From assembly GCA_002269645.1 (NCBI GenBank), contig NIVC01001565.1:62001-126000 (forward strand): a stretch of 64,000 nucleotides of DNA, read 5' to 3'. The position numbers and the translations under genes were made by a program. Source of the stretch: Macrostomum lignano. Taxonomy: Eukaryota. The notes beneath the pieces were generated by a model. It worked only from the letters and a program-made list of their open reading frames with translations, was not told where the DNA came from and made no database searches. Positions 57,825-64,000 of this stretch are shown here, in pieces. The first letter of the stretch is position 1; the number at the start of each line of letters is the position of its first letter.

Positions 57825-58425
57825 AAGAATATTATAATCTTGTTCTGTCTATTGTCTGCGTGCATTGTCTTTAGCCGCCGCCCAATTTTTTTAAACCACC
57901 TGTTGCAATCTCATTTGCAAATCCTACGCACTCTGCTCTCCGTTCCCCCGTCAAAGGAGGATGCTGACAACTTTTTCTTTTGAATAATCCTCAAACATAT
58001 CAGCCAGAGGCCTCAGCAGCCGCAATTGATTAGGAATTCATTAAGCTAGTGGCCTGAAGCCGTGCTTTTGAAAATTTCAAAAACCTAGGTTGGGTAGTGA
58101 AGCAGGGAGGAAATTGGGACCTGAGAATCTGCGGCGGGACACTGCAGGAGCATCATTATTACTCTGTTTTTGAGACGACTTTTTTATAAGCTAAGTAGAT
58201 ATACGCTCGTGCATGTAGATAGATTGATAGATAGTTGGACAGATACATTGATAGATGATAGATAGATAACGCAAAAATGCAAAAACATTATCTAGATCTA
58301 GATAAGATAGATAGATAGATAGATAGAGATACATAGATAGATTTGCGTTTTTGCGTTATATATCTATCTATATTATCTATAGGTAAATACATGTAGATAG
58401 ATAGATTATCTCCATCGCCCCGCAG

Positions 58426-58609
58426 CCGTGGCCATTGTGTGCGACGACTTCTTTGTGCCATCCTTGGAGGCCATCTCGGAGAAGCTGAACCTGTCGGAGG
58501 ACGTGGCCGGCGCGACTTTCATGGCAGCGGGCAGCTCAGCGCCGGAGCTGTTCAGCTCGATGTCGGCGGTTGCCATGGACTCGGATGCTGGAGTCGGCAC
58601 CATCGCTGG
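58426..58609 (+). CDS. NCKX: NCKX exon 3 (alpha-1 repeat)
   Basis: [41 protein letters not shown]...GVGTIAG is the SLC24 alpha-1 signature; CCGCAG acceptor, GG|GTGAG donor. Confidence 0.95.
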
Positions 58610-58639
58610 GTGAGCAGCTGATGACTCCATGAATATCAT

Positions 58640-60825
58640 ACAAAACAAAGACCCGATTGGGATCAGACAGAACAAAGAGCCGATTGGGATCAGACAGAAC
58701 AAAGAGCCGATTGGGATCAGACAGAACAAAGAGCTGATTAGGATCAGACAGAACAAAGAGCTGATTAGGATCAGACAGAACAAAGAGCTGATTAGGATCA
58801 GACAGAACAAAGAGCTGATTAGGATCAGACAGAACAAAGAGCCGATTGGGATCAGACAGAACAAAGAGCCGATTGGGATCAGACAGAACAAAGAGCCGAT
58901 TGGGATCAGACAGAACAAAAACCTGATTGGGATCAGGCAGAACAAAGACCCGATTAGGATCAGACAGAACAAAGAGCCGATTGGGATCAGACAGAACAAA
59001 GAGCTGATTAGGATCAGACAGAACAAAGAGCTGATTAGGATCAGACAGAACAAAGAGCTGATTAGGATCAGACAGAACAAAGAGCTGATTAGGATCAGAC
59101 AGAACAAAGAGCCGATTGGGATCAGACAGAACAAAGAGCCGATTGGGATCAGACAGAACAAAGAGCCGATTGGGATCAGACAGAACAAAGACCTGATTGG
59201 GATCAGGCAGAACAAAGACCCGATTAGGATCAGACAGAACAAAGAGCTGATTAGGATCAGACAGAACAAAGAGCTGATTAGGATCAGACAGAACAAAGAG
59301 CCGATTGGGATCAGACAGAACAAAGAGCCGATTGGGATCAGACAGAACAAAGAGCTGATTAGGATCAGACAGAACAAAGAGCTGATTAGGATCAGACAGA
59401 ACAAAGAGCCGATTAGGATCAGACAGAACAAAGAGCTGATTAGGATCAGACAGAACAAAGAGCTGATTAGGATCAGACAGAACAAAGAGCCGATTGGGAT
59501 CAGACAGAACAAAGAGCCGATTGGGATCAGACAGAACAAAGAGCCGATTGGGATCAGACAGAACAAAAACCTGATTGGGATCAGGCAGAACAAAGACCCG
59601 ATTAGGATCAGACAGAACAAAGAGCCGATTGGGATCAGACAGAACAAAGAGCTGATTAGGATCAGACAGAACAAAGAGCTGATTAGGATCAGACAGAACA
59701 AAGAGCTGATTAGGATCAGACAGAACAAAGAGCTGATTAGGATCAGACAGAACAAAGAGCTGATTAGGATCAGACAGAACAAAGAGCCGATTGGGATCAG
59801 ACAGAACAAAGAGCCGATTGGGATCAGACAGAACAAAGAGCCGATTGGGATCAGACAGAACAAAGACCTGATTGGGATCAGGCAGAACAAAGACCCGATT
59901 AGGATCAGACAGAACAAAGAGCCGATTGGGATCAGACAGAACAAAGAGCTGATTAGGATCAGACAGAACAAAGAGCTGATTAGGATCAGACAGAACAAAG
60001 AGCTGATTAGGATCAGACAGAACAAAGAGCTGATTAGGATCAGACAGAACAAAGAGCCGATTGGGATCAGACAGAACAAAGAGCCGATTGGGATCAGACA
60101 GAACAAAGAGCCGATTGGGATCAGACAGAACAAAGACCTGATTGGGATCAGGCAGAACAAAGACCCGATTAGGATCAGACAGAACAAAGAGCCGATTGGG
60201 ATCAGACAGAACAAAGACCTGATTAGGATCAGACAGAACAAAGAGCTGATTAGGATCAGACAGAACAAAGAGCTGATTAGGATCAGACAGAACAAAGAGC
60301 CGATTGGGATCAGACAGAACAAAGAGCCGATTGGGATCAGACAGAACAAAGAGCTGATTAGGATCAGACAGAACAAAGAGCTGATTAGGATCAGACAGAA
60401 CAAAGAGCCGATTGGGATCAGACAGAACAAAGAGCCGATTGGGATCAGACAGAACAAAGAGCTGATTGGGATCAGGCAGAACAAAGACCCGATTAGGATC
60501 AGACAGAACAAAGAGCCGATTGGGATCAGACAGAACAAAGAGCCGATTGGAATCAGACAGAACAAAGAGCCGATTGGGATCAGACAGAACAAAGAGCCGA
60601 TTGGGATGAGGCAGAACAAAGACCTGATTGGGATCAGACAGAACAGAACAAAGACCCGATTGGGATCAGGCAGAACAGAACAAAGACCTGATTGGGATCA
60701 GACAGAACAGAACAAAGACCTAATTGGGATCAGACAGAACAGAACAAAGACCTAATTGGGATCAGACAGAACAGAACAAAGACCTAATTGGGATCAGATC
60801 AGACAGAACAAAGACCCGATTGGGA
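58640..60825. repeat. 27-bp minisatellite (GATCAGACAGAACAAAGAGCCGATTGG)n with higher-order blocks, NCKX intron 3
   Basis: About 80 copies; a rare variant recurs 648 bp (24 units) apart at about 58917 and 59565. Confidence 0.96.
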
Positions 60826-60919
60826 TCAATTATACAGGAACGAAGACTAAATTTGAAGGCAATTACCAAAAGCAAATAAGTACGAACTTTTTACTGATAA
60901 TTGTTCGCCAACTTCTTAG

Positions 60920-60977
60920 GTCTGCAGTCTTCAATCTGCTAGTGATCGTGTCGCTGACTGCTGCTTGCGCTGGCAAG
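60920..60977 (+). CDS. NCKX: NCKX exon 4
   Basis: TTCTTAG|G TCT...: (G)SAVFNLLVIVSLTAACAGK completes the GTIxGSAVFN motif; donor AAG|GTGAGA. Confidence 0.92.
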
Positions 60978-61098
60978 GTGAGAAAGCTATTTACAAGCTC
61001 GTCAGATGCATGTCAGTCTTGTCAGGTGCATGTCCCTCCTGTTGTTGCTATGCAACTGTCCTATCTAGGTTGCTGCTCCATCAATTAATGTCTTTTAG

Positions 61099-61313
61099 CT
61101 GCTGCAGCTCGACTGGCGACCGCTGGCTCGCGATTCTGTCTGCTACTTGATTTCCGTAATCTACTTCATCGTAATGGTGATGGACAGTTTAATGCAAATT
61201 TATGAAGCTGTAGTGCTGCTCGTTTTGTACGCACTGTACATTGTGGTCATGGTGTTCAATAAGAGGCTGATGAATAAGCTGGCTCAGCTGGAGGCCTTCT
61301 GCTGCTGGAAGAG
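61099..61313 (+). CDS. NCKX: NCKX exon 5
   Basis: CTTTTAG acceptor; LLQLDWRPLARDSVCY...YEAVVLLVLYALYIVVMVFN matches the SLC24 TM4-TM5 pattern; donor AG|GTGAGG. Confidence 0.92.
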
Positions 61314-61316
61314 GTG

Positions 61317-62162
61317 AGGGTGGGTGGGTGCAAGGCAGAGGAATAGGGTGGTGCAAGGCAGAGGAATGGGGTGGGTTGCAAGGCAGAGGAATGGGGTGGG
61401 TTGCAAGGCAGAGGAATGGGGTGGGTGCAAGGCAGAGGAATGGGGTGGATGCAAGGCAGAGGAATGGGGTGGGTGCAAGGCAGAGGAATGGGGTGGGTGC
61501 AAGGCAGAGGAATAGGGTGGGTTGCAAGGCAGAGGAATGGGGTGGGTGCAAGGCAGAGGAATGGGGTGGGTGCAAGGCAGAGGAATAGGGTGGGTTGCAA
61601 GGCAGAGGAATTGGGTGGGTGCAAGGCAGAGGAATAGGGTGGGTTGCAAGGCAGAGGAATGGGGTGGGTGCAAGGCAGAGGAATGGGGTGGGTTGCAAGG
61701 CAGAGGAATGGGGTGGGTGCAAGGCAGAGGAATAGGGTAGGGTGGGTGCAAGGCAGAGGAATAGGGTGGGTTGCAAGGCAGAGGAATTGGGTGGGTGCAA
61801 GGCAGAGGAATGGGGTGGGTGCAAGGCAGAGGAATGGGGTGGGTGCAAGGCAGAGGAATGGGGTGGGTGCAAGGCAGAGGAATGGGGTGGGTGCAAGGCA
61901 GAGGAATAGGGTGGGTTGCAAGGCAGAGGAATGGGGTGGGTTGCAAGGCAGAGGAATGGGGTGGGTGCAAGGCAGAGGAATGGGGTGGGTGCAAGGCAGA
62001 GGAATGGGGTGGGTGCAAGGCAGAGGAATGGGGTGGGTGCAAGGCAGAGGAATGGGGTGGGTGCAAGGCAGAGGAATGGAGTGGGTGCAAGGCAGAGGAA
62101 TGGAGTGGGTGCAAGGCAGAGGAATGGGGTGGGTGCAAGGCAGAGGAATGGGGTGGGTGCAA
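61317..62162. repeat. 24-bp G-rich minisatellite (GGGGTGGGTGCAAGGCAGAGGAAT)n, NCKX intron 5
   Basis: About 35 copies starting right after the donor site. Confidence 0.95.
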
Positions 62163-62233
62163 GTAAAATTTACAGACTAATCATTTGATGTAAAACTCTT
62201 TCTAAAAAATTCACGACACCGAAAAATTTTCAG

Positions 62234-62300
62234 CGGCGCAAAGGTGGAGCCAACCGAGATGCAGTCCCAGACGGAGTCTGTTGGTGATGAGCCGGCAGTG
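62234..62300 (+). CDS. NCKX: NCKX exon 6 (cytoplasmic loop)
   Basis: TTTTCAG|C...GTG|GTAAGC; 67 nt, converting phase 2 to phase 0 as needed to join exons 5 and 7. Confidence 0.75.
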
Positions 62301-62744
62301 GTAAGCCAAATCTGGTTGCAACAAAACAAGCTGATAAATTAGTTTTAAAATTATTCTGCAGCAAAGAACGAAATAAGACTCGCCCACAAGGGCTTCACTT
62401 GGAGAGGGTTGCGTGCAACACGGTTTATCTGCGATGGCTGAACTCCCGGAACAGGTTGAGAACGGAAACGCCACGCCTATAGGGCATATCAGAGGCTGGG
62501 CGGCCGGTATATGGCTTGAGTTCAATTTGATTTGCCGAGTAGGGAAACCTAATGCAACACTTTGCTAATCAAATATTTTGAGGGAAATAGAATAGACAGC
62601 CAGCTAAATCCCAACCGTGGGTTGCTTTTCCTTCAGTTTATGCCGACTCTGAGCTCGTTGGCTTCTGGAGATCGCTCTGAAAACTGATTAGCATTTTGTG
62701 ACCCACTTTCCCCTCTCCTCCTGTCCCCTGTGACCGCAACCCCC

Positions 62745-63499
<755 letters not shown>

Positions 63500-63515
63500 C
63501 ATTTTTTCACTACAG

Positions 63516-63743
63516 GCGGCCTCAACTCCTCAGTTGCGCCAGAAAGACGCCGCTCATGACAGTGCAGTGTTGACCAGCGGCCGGAACAGCTTCGCCAGTC
63601 TCAGCGAGTCGGACCTGCGCAATTTGAATGGCCAGGCGGTCCAGCTGGACTCGCGCGGACAGTCCAGCACGGACTCGCCCAATACAGTCACCAGCCTGCT
63701 GACCAGCCCGGGGGAGCGGGCGAACATCTTCACCATTGAGGAG
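63516..63743 (+). CDS. NCKX: NCKX exon 7 (cytoplasmic loop); the gene continues beyond the window
   Basis: TTTTTTCACTACAG acceptor; AASTPQLRQKDAAHDS...NIFTIEE; donor GAG|GTGAGG; 228 nt. Confidence 0.78.
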
Positions 63744-63796
63744 GTGAGGCATCGGAGAGTGAGGTGGACACTTGGGTCATAAAACTGAACGGGAGA

Positions 63797-64000
63797 TGGC
63801 TCATAAAACAGGAAATGAGGTGGCTCATAAAACAGAAAATGAGGTGGCTCATAAAACCGGAAATGAGGTGGCTCATAAAACTGGAAATGAGGTGGCTCAT
63901 AAAACCAGAAATGAGGTGGCTCATAAAACCGGAAATGAGGTGGCTCATAAAACCGGAAATGAGGTGGCTCATCAAACCGGAAATGAGGTGGCTCATAAAA
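63797..64000. repeat. 24-bp minisatellite (GGCTCATAAAACCGGAAATGAGGT)n, NCKX intron 7, truncated by the window edge
   Basis: At least 8 copies. Confidence 0.92.

Noticed and set aside
58406-60755. Long ORFs on both strands (737 aa and 708 aa) as repetitive proteins
   Set aside because: They result from a stop-free 27-bp unit lying inside NCKX intron 3 between well-supported splice sites.

Overview
Eukaryotic (animal) genomic DNA, not prokaryotic. It has spliced genes with GT-AG introns, GC-rich exons with poly-A/G/Q/P runs, and many different minisatellites. This style resembles the flatworm Macrostomum, but that is inference only. I assembled four host genes by hand from splice sites: a two-exon SoxB2 HMG-box factor (minus, 13383-16411), RPL8/uL2 (minus, 3 coding exons, 25528-27322), DDX3/PL10 (plus, 4 exons, 32600-41547, including a 54-nt first exon missed by the ORF track), and the 5' part of an NCKX/SLC24 exchanger (plus, 7 exons from 50257, running off the window). 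Mobile DNA includes a Ty3/Gypsy element with an intact 1300-aa gag-pol, a tRNA-Ser-type PBS, a PPT and a 5-bp TSD but only ONE LTR. There are also at least five MITEs (two hAT-type ones nested), two tRNA-derived SINEs and a decayed mariner. The most notable observations are the TG...CA one-LTR Gypsy insertion, an 11-kb CpG-depleted domain around a CpG-retaining island between the divergent RPL8 and DDX3 genes, the nested hAT pair that regenerates a TIR, and oppositely oriented (GTTA)n/(TAAC)n arrays inside the NCKX gene. All coordinates and counts were read by eye; repeat boundaries are approximate.
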